From positions 1-44,975 of IMG/VR virus record IMGVR_UViG_3300005512_000073: a stretch of DNA of 44,975 nucleotides; one strand, written 5' to 3'. Below the pieces are notes generated by a model, which was given only the letters and a program-made list of their open reading frames with translations, was not told the origin of the DNA and did no database searches. This stretch comes from a virus. Lineage: Duplodnaviria; Caudoviricetes. Of the stretch, positions 8,604-17,253 are shown piece by piece. Each line of letters starts with the position of its first letter. Within the stretch, counting starts at the first letter, position 1. The translations under genes were made by a program, and so were the position numbers.

Positions 8604-9522
8604 AGTCTTCTGCGGCTAACTTAGAAAAGTAAGCCATGGTGTCATCATCGTCCATGGAACTCTCAGCCGTTGTGATCTGAGGTTCAGGTGTCGATGGTGC
8701 ACTTGGTGCAGGGGCAGAACGATTTTCGAACGATGGGATTTCATCATCCAAATCTTCTACTTGTTGACGTGTACGAGGTGTTGACTCACCAAGCACAATA
8801 GCCAAACGAGACTTAAGTTCATCGTATGACTTATAGTTGGCAGGATCAGCCCACTCAGATAAGTCATGTTGTTGATTATACAAAGACTCTTTTGCCTCAT
8901 CATCACCTGCACGTAACTCGCTTGGTGCTTTAAAGCTTGAAGCGTCATAGTTTGCATAACCTTCGACATTACGAATCTTTAATGTGAAGTCTGCGCCTGA
9001 CCACATATCGAATGGATTGACAGGTGCCTCATCAGGGAACTGTGGTTGTAATGAGTCCATAATCTTATCAAAGATTTTCTTTCCAAAACGATATAGTTTC
9101 ACCTTACCTTCATTCTCTGGATTAGAAGGGTCAGAGATGATAAGAACGTTAGCGACATAACGTAGGTTGCGTTTACGTTCACGCACAATACGCTTTGCCT
9201 CTTCGGAACCATCTTCGTTCCAAAGCTTTGCGTTTGCTTCTGCGAGTGGATCGGGTTTGCCAATAGATGTAAGCGATTTCTCTACATACCATTGACCTGT
9301 TGGTCCCTTAAAGAAGTGATCCCAATAACGAACCCAAGGTGTAGGTGCGTCTGCGTTTCCAGGTAGGAAACGGATCACAGCGTAACCATTACCAGCCTTG
9401 TCACGTGTTGGTTGCCAAAAACGATCATCATTACGATTATCTGTTTTCTGTTCACCACCTGTAGCTGCTTCTACAAGTTTACCAAGGTCTGTGCGATTAC
9501 GTTTGAGTGCTGCGAATGACAT
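8602..9522 (-). CDS. 32: Single-stranded DNA-binding protein gp32
   Basis: DDRFW...DKAGNGYAVIRFLP, GKKIFDKI, NPFD.W.GADF.LKIR, NYD.S and an acidic C-terminal tail. Confidence 0.97.
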   Translation of the reverse strand: MSFAALKRNRTDLGKLVEAATGGEQKTDNRNDDRFWQPTRDKAGNGYAVIRFLPGNADAPTPWVRYWDHFFKGPTGQWYVEKSLTSIGKPDPLAEANAKLWNEDGSEEAKRIVRERKRNLRYVANVLIISDPSNPENEGKVKLYRFGKKIFDKIMDSLQPQFPDEAPVNPFDMWSGADFTLKIRNVEGYANYDASSFKAPSELRAGDDEAKESLYNQQHDLSEWADPANYKSYDELKSRLAIVLGESTPRTRQQVEDLDDEIPSFENRSAPAPSAPSTPEPQITTAESSMDDDDTMAYFSKLAAED

Positions 9523-9608
9523 ATGTATTTCTCCGTATTTTACTGTATGTTATTGTATATTGTATTGTCCAATGATTCCATTATAAAGAAGTATTTATAA
9601 AAAGTCAA
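9523..9608 (-). promoter_or_regulatory. gp32 promoters and leader
   Basis: TTGACT(9603-9608)-17-TATAAT(9580-9585) with TATAAATA (9592-9599) nested in the spacer; unstructured leader with repeated ATACA. Confidence 0.8.
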
Positions 9609-10238
9609 CTACATAGTTTGAATTTCTTCTTGTTGTTTCATTCTACGTTCTTGTTCTCTCATGCCCATGACTTCTCTTTCGAGTTGCTTTTCTTTTTCAG
9701 TCTTTTTCCAAATCCATGCAACAAGAACTTCACGAGTGCCAGAAATCACAGGGTCTATCTGATGATGAGTTTCTGATGAAAAGAATACTGTCTCTCCAAT
9801 ATCTAGGTCTATTGCTTGAAAAAAACCATCGTCTTGAAATATGACAAAATCACCACCCTTTAGGTCATCAGATTTAGTGATGATAGTTGAGGTAGAAAAT
9901 ATCCTTTCGCCATCAGGCAACATATCTTTGTGTCTTGTAAAGTGATCTCCCTTTTCATACTTGAGATAGTTAAACTCTGCTACCTTATAATCATTTGGAT
10001 CAAGTGTACCATTCCATATCGATACCATCTCTAAAAGATACTTGCAGATATCAGGATAATCTTTTGGTTTGATATCTTTCTTAACCTTTGTTGATCTGGT
10101 ATTTTTATCAACACCGTTAAAGTCTTTTCTATAAACACCAGCCTCAGAAAAGTCGCTTTGATCCTCTGCCATATCCAAAAGACTCTGGATAGGAATATCT
10201 TTTCGTTTTAAATATAACTTGGGTGGTAGTTTTATCAT
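9609..10238 (-). CDS. 2OG-Fe(II) oxygenase (prolyl-hydroxylase-like)
   Basis: Y..GDHF..HKD, GGDF, H...PV.SG.R..LV.W. Confidence 0.85.
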   Translation of the reverse strand: MIKLPPKLYLKRKDIPIQSLLDMAEDQSDFSEAGVYRKDFNGVDKNTRSTKVKKDIKPKDYPDICKYLLEMVSIWNGTLDPNDYKVAEFNYLKYEKGDHFTRHKDMLPDGERIFSTSTIITKSDDLKGGDFVIFQDDGFFQAIDLDIGETVFFSSETHHQIDPVISGTREVLVAWIWKKTEKEKQLEREVMGMREQERRMKQQEEIQTM

Positions 10239-10241
10239 GTG

Positions 10242-10472
10242 TCACTCTATAGGTAATGAATTTGATTGTGGTAAAAAGTTAAGTCTCATTGCTTCAGCTT
10301 CAAGTTTGTCTTTAATGGTGGGTGATATAAACTTTCGAACATCTTCTAAGTCTACGTCTACATCATCACATACAAAAATGATTGCGTCCATGTAAGATGA
10401 TTTATGCGACTTTACGGTTTCCTCTACGAGTTGCGTGAACTTTGTTTTTGTTAAGAAGTTTTCTTCCTGCAT
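10242..10472 (-). CDS. 33: Late transcription coactivator gp33
   Basis: F...VE......SYMDAI..C......IS..IKDKLEAEA..LNFL. Start reassigned to MQEEN. Confidence 0.88.
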   Translation of the reverse strand: MQEENFLTKTKFTQLVEETVKSHKSSYMDAIIFVCDDVDVDLEDVRKFISPTIKDKLEAEAMRLNFLPQSNSLPIE

Positions 10473-10926
10473 TATCCTCATCTGCCATTTCTTGAGTATA
10501 GGTTCCCACGTCAGGGTAAAATACCCCAACGGTTCTCTTGGGTGTTCCATCTGGATAATATGCCATGGCAACACACCGTTGCTTTACAGAGTGTTGACGT
10601 TCAGCTCCCCAACGACTATCTAAGTAAATACCTGTGCGTAGATACGCTTGCAGATTACCAAGATATATTTCTTCGTTGATATATGCCTGACGTTCTTTTA
10701 CATCTTTAGAGTTTTTCCATTTACGCATGGATTGCATACGCTCTTTGGTTGCCTTGATCCATCCACGCACACGAGGTGGGGCGAATGGGTCTGTATCTGG
10801 TAAGTGTCGAATAGACTCATGAATAGATAGTTGTTTAGCAGGAGCCTTAGAAGCTCTTGCTTTTTCTAAACGTTCACGTAGTTCTTGACGTTGCTCTTCA
10901 GATAGCTGTCTTTTTTTTCTAGCCAT
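10402..10926 (-). CDS. Conserved T4-like hypothetical protein
   Basis: Basic N-terminus (RERLEKAR), Y..NL..YLRTG; SD GGAG; own promoter. Confidence 0.7.
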   Translation of the reverse strand: MARKKRQLSEEQRQELRERLEKARASKAPAKQLSIHESIRHLPDTDPFAPPRVRGWIKATKERMQSMRKWKNSKDVKERQAYINEEIYLGNLQAYLRTGIYLDSRWGAERQHSVKQRCVAMAYYPDGTPKRTVGVFYPDVGTYTQEMADEDNAGRKLLNKNKVHATRRGNRKVA

Positions 10927-10946
10927 AACAAATCTCCATAACAATG

Positions 10947-10975
10947 ATTATATCAAAACGATTAAGGTTTGTCAA
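10947..10975 (-). promoter_or_regulatory. Sigma70-type promoter
   Basis: Perfect TTGACA-17-TATAAT. Confidence 0.85.
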
Positions 10976-11171
10976 CCTCATCAAGTGGTATAATCTCGAT
11001 TTCACCGTTCACTTTTTTGGCGTGAACGAAACCATTTTCTACAAGATAGACGATAGTGTTTTCTATAATCTCTTCTTTGCGATTGTCGGACCACACAAAT
11101 CCGACCATAAAGGCACAGGCAGACGCTGCGCCTAATAGTATCCATTGTATAATGATCGGGTCAATGAACAT
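10962..11171 (-). CDS. Small membrane protein
   Basis: N-terminal hydrophobic helix. Confidence 0.65.
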   Translation of the reverse strand: MFIDPIIIQWILLGAASACAFMVGFVWSDNRKEEIIENTIVYLVENGFVHAKKVNGEIEIIPLDEVDKP

Positions 11172-11874
11172 TCAAGTATCTCCTTACGGTTTTTAGATCA
11201 TTGGCAATCCTAGATTCAGGACCACCTGTATTTTTAGATACCTGTACAAGGTTGGACATAGTGATGATAGGCTTGCCGTAGTGGTATGCTATCTGCTGTC
11301 CCATTCCTTCGTAACCTAGACACAGTTTACTATTACGAATCGTCTCGAAGGTTTTTTCAATATTCATTCTATAATCTACCATTTTGATAGGAATGTCAAG
11401 TGTTTTTAAAAAACTTTCGAACTCATCTTTATTTATAGGCATTTTATCTTTAGATACAGGACTTAGATTCGTCCATGATGTCCACACACATACATAATCG
11501 CCATCACTAGAACTATGCTTTGGAGTCAACTTTGGATACCCTAACCATGCTGCAACTTGTTCTGCATATTCTTTCTTTAGAAGATTAGTGTACTTATGAG
11601 CATAAGTATCAAGAGAAGTTATCTCAACATCATATGTTGTTAGTAAGTTGAACTGACTTAAAGCATAGTTAATGTTATATTCATATTGATAAGACCAAGG
11701 GTAATGTGGTGGTAGCACATAAGTCACGTGAACCTTTCTAGATGAACTTAACATCAGGCTTTCGGCGTATGCCATAAGTCTTAAGATATCACCATACCCA
11801 AAACTATTTTGGGTGATGATCCTGAGACCATCACCTTCCATATGAATCTTAGCTGCTTTCAGATAATCAATCAT
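11161..11874 (-). CDS. GT-B-like (GT9-like) glycosyltransferase; paralog of 32375-33208
   Basis: G.GD at the N-terminus; VDYR......IR....LGYEGM.......KP at the C-terminus. Confidence 0.55.
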   Translation of the reverse strand: MIDYLKAAKIHMEGDGLRIITQNSFGYGDILRLMAYAESLMLSSSRKVHVTYVLPPHYPWSYQYEYNINYALSQFNLLTTYDVEITSLDTYAHKYTNLLKKEYAEQVAAWLGYPKLTPKHSSSDGDYVCVWTSWTNLSPVSKDKMPINKDEFESFLKTLDIPIKMVDYRMNIEKTFETIRNSKLCLGYEGMGQQIAYHYGKPIITMSNLVQVSKNTGGPESRIANDLKTVRRYLNVH

Positions 11875-12089
11875 TAGTCCCAATCGTTATCGTAGCGAGT
11901 TGTGGCACGATAGACATCTCCATAGTATTCTTCAGCATAACGTGGAGCATCAGTGTAATGGGGATTATATAACTCAAGTTCATCATCTTGTTTTTTGTTC
12001 TCTCTGCGTTTTACACCTGCTTGTTTCTTTTGCTTTCGCATAAACTCTTTGTGTTGTGCTTTGAGTTCTTTAACGAATGTATTCATACC
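11874..12089 (-). CDS. Hypothetical protein
   Basis: Coupled ORF; start uncertain. Confidence 0.55.
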   Translation of the reverse strand, partial: GMNTFVKELKAQHKEFMRKQKKQAGVKRRENKKQDDELELYNPHYTDAPRYAEEYYGDVYRATTRYDNDWD

Positions 12090-12258
12090 AGCCATTTCTC
12101 TCCAATAGTTTTTCAAAGTTATCTTTATCTTGGGGTGTCATATCAACATCAGTGCGTCTTGCACCATTGTTGTATTCACGTAGCACAAAGCCACCATTGA
12201 AACGAGGGACTATCTGGTAATACTTGTCGTCTCCCCACTTCTCATGTTTATAAATCAT
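12070..12258 (-). CDS. Hypothetical protein
   Basis: TAATG coupling to the upstream ORF. Confidence 0.65.
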   Translation of the reverse strand: MIYKHEKWGDDKYYQIVPRFNGGFVLREYNNGARRTDVDMTPQDKDNFEKLLERNGWYEYIR

Positions 12259-12488
12259 TAGTAATCCTTAAAGTTACCTGCTTCTTCATTCTCATCAAAC
12301 CCTGCATGATACGCTTTTATTTCTTCTTGCGTCATTTGATCACGAGTGACTTTATCAGTTGAATAAGTAGCCCCAACAAAATAATGAGGATTTGGAGCAC
12401 GACCATAATAGCTGTCTGCAGCACCTCGGTCAAAAGGACCACCATGACGTGCGTCATAGACTTTACCGTTATACTCTACTTTTCCCAT
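12258..12488 (-). CDS. Conserved phage hypothetical protein (RHGGPFDRG.ADSYY)
   Basis: Motif recurrent in aquatic phages; coupled ORF. Confidence 0.7.
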   Translation of the reverse strand: MGKVEYNGKVYDARHGGPFDRGAADSYYGRAPNPHYFVGATYSTDKVTRDQMTQEEIKAYHAGFDENEEAGNFKDY

Positions 12489-12682
12489 TATACTAACTCC
12501 ACATCATCACAAAACGTTTGTTCAAACACACTACACAAGTCATCATAGTCACCTGACTTCATCTCAGTCAAAACACATTCTTGTTCTTCAGCAGTGTAAC
12601 CCTTCTGATTCATCAGCTTTTGTGCAACACCAAGAATGTAAAACGCATTACCCTGTGGGCTTTCACGATCAATAACAATCAT
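12488..12682 (-). CDS. Conserved phage hypothetical protein (GNAF..LG...M.SGDY)
   Basis: Recurrent phage family; SD GAGGAG. Confidence 0.7.
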   Translation of the reverse strand: MIVIDRESPQGNAFYILGVAQKLMNQKGYTAEEQECVLTEMKSGDYDDLCSVFEQTFCDDVELV

Positions 12683-13011
12683 TACATCATCTCCTCTACG
12701 TAACCAAGTTCTTTGAAGCCACACATAGCAACTTCGTAAACGATACCACCGATTTCCATACGGTCAAACATTGAAGTAGAACGCAGACCTAAACCATCTT
12801 CACGCTCAACAAGAACGGTAACATCATCGTTAGCATCCTCACCGATCTTTTTAGACCAACTACCCATCACGTTGTTTGTCCAACGGAATGCATACTCTAG
12901 GATGTCATTTGTGTTGTGACCATCTGGAAAGTTAACCTCTGCAACAGGCGTAAACCCTTCAGTATTACCTGTGATCTCATTGCGTTCCATATGTAAAACT
13001 GTAACTTTCAT
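12682..13011 (-). CDS. YodL-like domain protein
   Basis: LE..F..N and RS.S..D......Y.V...GF motifs. Confidence 0.45.
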   Translation of the reverse strand: MKVTVLHMERNEITGNTEGFTPVAEVNFPDGHNTNDILEYAFRWTNNVMGSWSKKIGEDANDDVTVLVEREDGLGLRSTSMFDRMEIGGIVYEVAMCGFKELGYVEEMM

Positions 13012-13026
13012 AATTGATTCTCCTTC

Positions 13027-13065
13027 TTACATATTCTTTTTACTATAAATAGAGGTACGAGTCAA
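13027..13065. promoter_or_regulatory. Early promoter (-) interleaved with late promoter (+)
   Basis: TTGACT-17-TAAAAA on -; TATAAATA at 13044-13051 on +. Confidence 0.7.
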
Positions 13066-13087
13066 CCCCTAAAAGAGAAAATGTGAA

Positions 13088-13729
13088 ATGATTTTTAAAA
13101 CAAGAATGATTAGAGTGAAGGATAGTCCAATCTCAGAGACCTATGCTAACTATTGTAGGCAATCTTGGGAAGGTTTTGATTTAAGATTTTATGATGCAGT
13201 GACACCAGAGACTTTATCAGAACAATCTGGTTTGACATTTGGTACAAGATCAAATGGTAGAGAGTTGACAGATACGGAAAAAGCTTGCTTTTATAGTCAA
13301 TACAATCTGTGGAAAAAATGTGCAGTAGAGAACGTTCCAATCCTTGTACTTGAGCACGATGCATGGCTAGTAACACCGGGTGCGATTCAATATGATCCTC
13401 ATTTGATGGTACAGTTCTTTGGTCAACATGCAATGGAAGCTGTGATGTTCAATCCTAAGTTTGCACGTAGAATAGTCAAACATTGCGACACACATCCTGT
13501 CTCTGGTCCAATGCAACTAGTAGATCAACTTGTCGGGTATTTTCATAAAGGGTCTCAGAGTAGAAATGCTTTACCCCATTCAAGATATATGGGTCCATTA
13601 TCACCTGTAAAATCTGTCATTGATCCAAGACTCGGAACAACCGTTGCTCATGATGGAACAACGGCTGATCGTCTAAAAAAGGATGGTGACTTATTCAAGA
13701 TTGTTAATCTTACTGGTAGTACCCAATAA
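13088..13729 (+). CDS. GT25-like glycosyltransferase, late-expressed
   Basis: DAVTP, E.ACF.S...LW..C, ILVLEHDA. Confidence 0.75.
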   Translation: MIFKTRMIRVKDSPISETYANYCRQSWEGFDLRFYDAVTPETLSEQSGLTFGTRSNGRELTDTEKACFYSQYNLWKKCAVENVPILVLEHDAWLVTPGAIQYDPHLMVQFFGQHAMEAVMFNPKFARRIVKHCDTHPVSGPMQLVDQLVGYFHKGSQSRNALPHSRYMGPLSPVKSVIDPRLGTTVAHDGTTADRLKKDGDLFKIVNLTGSTQ

Positions 13730-14291
13730 CCATATATCTTTCATAATGATCCATATCTAATGAACCTGTGTACATAGTTTTGGTTATATTGTTTTGCTTG
13801 GCAAGTTGTTTGGCACTCTTGACACAATTCGTGTGTTCTCGAATAGACGTATAGTTATTTGATTGTAAAGCATATGTCGGTCCATATACCGCTGGGATGT
13901 CTGGCATATGTTCACAACTTGTGTTTATAATCAAATCAAAACCTTCATGATCACTAAAGTCTGTTGCTGACATTGTGAGACTATGATAGTTTTTTTCAAG
14001 ACCGTTGACTTTAAAATAAACATCTCTGTCTGCATGATGGATTGGATTTACATCTAGAAATGTAAACCAATTAACATCACAATATTCGTTCATAAGTTCC
14101 CATAGTAGACAACTATTCCATGATCCTAACACAAGAACGTTCTGATAACTCATCTTAAAGTTAGCAAGTTCTTCGACTAGCCACTTCTTACATTTGATTT
14201 GATTTGGTCTAAAGCTTTCTATTAAATCAGTAGAACTATGTTTCAAATGAAATGCTGTATTGGCTAATCTTCCTAGAACTTTTTCATCCAT
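13710..14291 (-). CDS. SAM-dependent methyltransferase-like protein
   Basis: VLVLGSW, D, INTSCEH, LQSN and RYMVIG motifs. Confidence 0.7.
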   Translation of the reverse strand: MDEKVLGRLANTAFHLKHSSTDLIESFRPNQIKCKKWLVEELANFKMSYQNVLVLGSWNSCLLWELMNEYCDVNWFTFLDVNPIHHADRDVYFKVNGLEKNYHSLTMSATDFSDHEGFDLIINTSCEHMPDIPAVYGPTYALQSNNYTSIREHTNCVKSAKQLAKQNNITKTMYTGSLDMDHYERYMVIGYYQ

Positions 14292-14802
14292 TGGGTAATA
14301 CTTTCACTTCCGTAACATATAACTCATTCATTGCTATTGTGTATATAAGATCAGCTAGATCATTAGGACAAATCTTAGCCCCTTTGTATTGTTGAACTCT
14401 TGGTGTGTCTATCCAACTTGGTTTGATATTTACAACCTTGCAACGATTATTTTGACTTGCTGTTTGTTTAAATGCTGCATCTAGTGCGATCTTATGAACT
14501 GCGTATGGGTGTAGATATGATTTAATACCCTCACTTGCCATACTACTTATATTGATTATTTTCTTGTCTTGATCTTTCCACATATCATAGACAGCATATA
14601 GTAAATCAACCTGTGAGTATCTGTCATATGCATTGTTGATAAAGATATCTGCATCCTTTACAGCATCGCAGATTTTGGATATGTGACGTATGTCGCACCC
14701 ATTTGATCTACTGAGACCTGATACCATATCATTAACAGAAAACCGCTCGAAGAGAGCGGCTCCCAATCCTCTAGTATGGCCTGTTATGGCTACCTTTAAC
14801 AT
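14284..14802 (-). CDS. Short-chain dehydrogenase/reductase
   Basis: TGHTRGLG, INNA, NISS, YxxxK. Confidence 0.85.
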   Translation of the reverse strand: MLKVAITGHTRGLGAALFERFSVNDMVSGLSRSNGCDIRHISKICDAVKDADIFINNAYDRYSQVDLLYAVYDMWKDQDKKIINISSMASEGIKSYLHPYAVHKIALDAAFKQTASQNNRCKVVNIKPSWIDTPRVQQYKGAKICPNDLADLIYTIAMNELYVTEVKVLPNG

Positions 14803-14948
14803 TACCAGTTAACCATTCTGCTTACTATGGAAACATCCATTCCTGATTCTTCATAAACCATCCACAACTCTGCGGCGTTACCATAATCCTCTTCAAAGGC
14901 AATCTCAACACCTGTTTCGTTATTCACGATAAAGTACATCTCACGCAT
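14802..14948 (-). CDS. Small hypothetical protein (48 aa)
   Basis: MREMYFIV...MVNW, TAATG-coupled on both sides. Confidence 0.6.
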   Translation of the reverse strand: MREMYFIVNNETGVEIAFEEDYGNAAELWMVYEESGMDVSIVSRMVNW

Positions 14949-15088
14949 TATAAAGTCTCCAACATTTTCTGAAAGTCTGCAATCATACCTTCGGCGGCTT
15001 TGACTGCTTTTTCATCACCCATAGCTTTGTATTTAACAATGTTTTCTTCGCAAGCTGCGATATAGTCTAAGATACCTTGTTTCATCAT
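14948..15088 (-). CDS. Small hypothetical protein (46 aa)
   Basis: MMKQGILDY...LETL, coupled to the next ORF. Confidence 0.6.
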   Translation of the reverse strand: MMKQGILDYIAACEENIVKYKAMGDEKAVKAAEGMIADFQKMLETL

Positions 15089-15124
15089 ATACTCACTTTC
15101 ATTACATAGATTGCAGATCTGCAT

Positions 15125-15264
15125 GATATTGTAAGAAGTGGGAAACGCAAGACCCTTTCCTAACCAGTGGAGGATAGAGGCACTTTAGAAAAGCGGGGCA
15201 TTGGTGCTCTCTGGGACTCCCCTTCAAGCCTCTATATCTTGCTCTCTTTTCTTCTTACATTATC
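15125..15264 (-). ncRNA. Candidate structured non-coding or leader RNA
   Basis: Three nested helices in a GC-enriched intergenic stretch directly after a promoter. Confidence 0.6.
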
Positions 15265-15293
15265 AATGTAACCGATTCGCTACTAAATGTCAA
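15265..15293 (-). promoter_or_regulatory. Sigma70 promoter
   Basis: TTGACA-17-TACATT with CGAATCG in the spacer. Confidence 0.75.
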
Positions 15294-15692
15294 CTAGTAT
15301 TTGATGATTTTATTTGGAGTCTTAAAGTTTTTCTTACGCATGATTGTTTTCATTACAACATCAAACTCATCATTGCGTTGATCATATGTAACTGCAACAG
15401 GAATGTTCAAGTCCTTCTGCATGTCTTTAATGACTGCTTCTGCGCCTGCAACGCCCTTGATAGACTTACCTTGTTGCTTATAAACTTTCTTGATGAACTC
15501 TGCTAGTTCTCTCATTGTAATACATGGATTATTACGCTCATCACCCATACGATCTGCAAAGTGTCTTGTAAAGTTGAAATCAAGTTTAAACTTCTTAAAG
15601 AGTTGATCAACGATCTTTTCGAACTCTTTGATCTGCTTCATTCCAACAAGGTCACACTGTGCTTCTTGTAGGTGTTGCTTAAAGCTACGCAT
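15294..15692 (-). CDS. RelE/BECR-fold RNase-like protein with capsid-targeting-like N-terminus
   Basis: MRSFKQHLQE start; FT.HF.DR...R and V.KTIMRK motifs. Confidence 0.5.
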   Translation of the reverse strand: MRSFKQHLQEAQCDLVGMKQIKEFEKIVDQLFKKFKLDFNFTRHFADRMGDERNNPCITMRELAEFIKKVYKQQGKSIKGVAGAEAVIKDMQKDLNIPVAVTYDQRNDEFDVVMKTIMRKKNFKTPNKIIKY

Positions 15693-16641
15693 CCCATTGA
15701 ACTCCCTTAGGAACATAAGAGTTAATCTTCATACGTAGAGATTTTTCTAACTTATCAACAGGGATTGGTGGTTTACCTTTACGTTTTACATAAAAGTAGT
15801 TTGCGTCTTTGATATACATTCCACCTTTAGTTTTCCCTTTCATACCAATCTTTTGACCAGCCTTGCCAGATTTCATAACCTCACTGTCCACATCAACCTT
15901 ATTGAAAGCAAAAGCAATGTCACCATCCATGTATTTACGCAATCCTTCACCCATGTTCACAATGTCGCCCATGGTCTGTGAGGCACCTCTGTGAGTGTTT
16001 ATAAGTATTTCTACAGGAACTCTACGATCACGCTCTAGGTTTTGTTGTTTAGCTACTTCGATATCATTTACAACCCAAACAATGTGGATGTTTTCTTTTG
16101 GATAACCAATAGCAGAAACTTGGCGTGTAATGTTCTGTAGCTTACGTAAATCCTTTAGGGTAACATCAAAGATAATATTTGGCTTGCGATCCGAAGGTGC
16201 AGTCAATACAGATGCAAAGAAAGCTTTCATACGACGATCAGGTAGTTTCATTTCGTCGCCAATGATTTCATGTAGCTTTGCAACATTCTTTTCATTTTTC
16301 AAGGCACCTTTTTTGAGAGCAATAGCTTCAAGATCAACACCAAACTCTGCTTTTGCACGTTTGCGAATGATAGGAGTCTTTGCTGCAAGCGTTTTAAGTT
16401 CATCAACATCAAAAACTTTACCCTCAATACCAACTAACTTATCTTTAACGAAACCTTTACCTGATCCTGCACCACCTGCCATAATGACAATATTACCAAA
16501 CTTAGGATATGCTTGACCACCAAAGGTGATTAGGGCTTCTATAAGCTCATCGTATTGGCTTTCGATGTATTCCTCACGAATAGAATCGAAAGCATTATCT
16601 TCTTGAAAGAGTTCATCAATAAAAGAACTAAACTTCTGCAC
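15685..16641 (-). CDS. P-loop kinase (zeta-toxin/PNK-like) with capsid-targeting-like N-terminus
   Basis: Walker A GGAGSGKG, DVD, IIFD.T, and N..R.R.VP lid. Likely GTG start at 16641 after GGAG. Confidence 0.75.
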   Translation of the reverse strand: MQKFSSFIDELFQEDNAFDSIREEYIESQYDELIEALITFGGQAYPKFGNIVIMAGGAGSGKGFVKDKLVGIEGKVFDVDELKTLAAKTPIIRKRAKAEFGVDLEAIALKKGALKNEKNVAKLHEIIGDEMKLPDRRMKAFFASVLTAPSDRKPNIIFDVTLKDLRKLQNITRQVSAIGYPKENIHIVWVVNDIEVAKQQNLERDRRVPVEILINTHRGASQTMGDIVNMGEGLRKYMDGDIAFAFNKVDVDSEVMKSGKAGQKIGMKGKTKGGMYIKDANYFYVKRKGKPPIPVDKLEKSLRMKINSYVPKGVQWDA

Positions 16642-16668
16642 TTTAATCTCCATAGAATGTTTTTCTTT

Positions 16669-16676
16669 TATTTATA
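16669..16676 (-). promoter_or_regulatory. T4 late promoter
   Basis: TATAAATA at the gene junction upstream of the kinase. Confidence 0.75.
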
Positions 16677-17253
16677 CGCTTTCCTCTTTGAAATCACCAC
16701 TTACATCTACATCAGGCGTATCTTCGATTTCTTCTATAGTCAATGGACAATGGATTTCGTAGTAGCAGTCAAGTTCTTCCCATCCTTGTTCTTCCATGTA
16801 GTCCCAAGACTCTTCACCCCAACCTTCTTCGACTTGTTCACGAAGTTCATCAACATCATACTTTGAGTTGTTTTCACCAAAGGCTTGAACGGTCCAATCT
16901 TCCCAACAACCATCCCATGTACTGTTCATCTCATAGACATAATCATCAAGTTCATGAAACTCTTCATCTGGATCAGGCAAAAAGTTGTGCTTCATATCCT
17001 CATAGTTTTCTGCACCATAATCTTCAAAGACTTCAGTGATAGAACCATAATATGTATCATCAACGCCCATTTTATCTTGCGCCCATTCAAGAACTTCAGC
17101 TTCAGTTTCAGGCACTAAGATTTCAAACTCGCCCCAACGCCAACCGAGTTCCATGGTGGCATGAAGTATCGTACCATCTTCTAACTCTTTTCGATATGAG
17201 TTATATTCAATAACAGACTTCTTATAAGTTGGTTCAATCTTGTAACGTTTCAT
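16672..17253 (-). CDS. Highly acidic hypothetical protein
   Basis: D/E/W-rich; WRWG motif. Confidence 0.7.
   Translation of the reverse strand: MKRYKIEPTYKKSVIEYNSYRKELEDGTILHATMELGWRWGEFEILVPETEAEVLEWAQDKMGVDDTYYGSITEVFEDYGAENYEDMKHNFLPDPDEEFHELDDYVYEMNSTWDGCWEDWTVQAFGENNSKYDVDELREQVEEGWGEESWDYMEEQGWEELDCYYEIHCPLTIEEIEDTPDVDVSGDFKEESV

Noticed and set aside
15125-15264. Cobalamin riboswitch, retron msr-msd, 6S, SRP or tRNA identity for the structured RNA
   Set aside because: Only fragments (GCCCCGC, CCACTG, GGAAAGG) recall a B12 element and the B12 box is absent. There is no reverse transcriptase in the window, and no SRP loop or T-arm.
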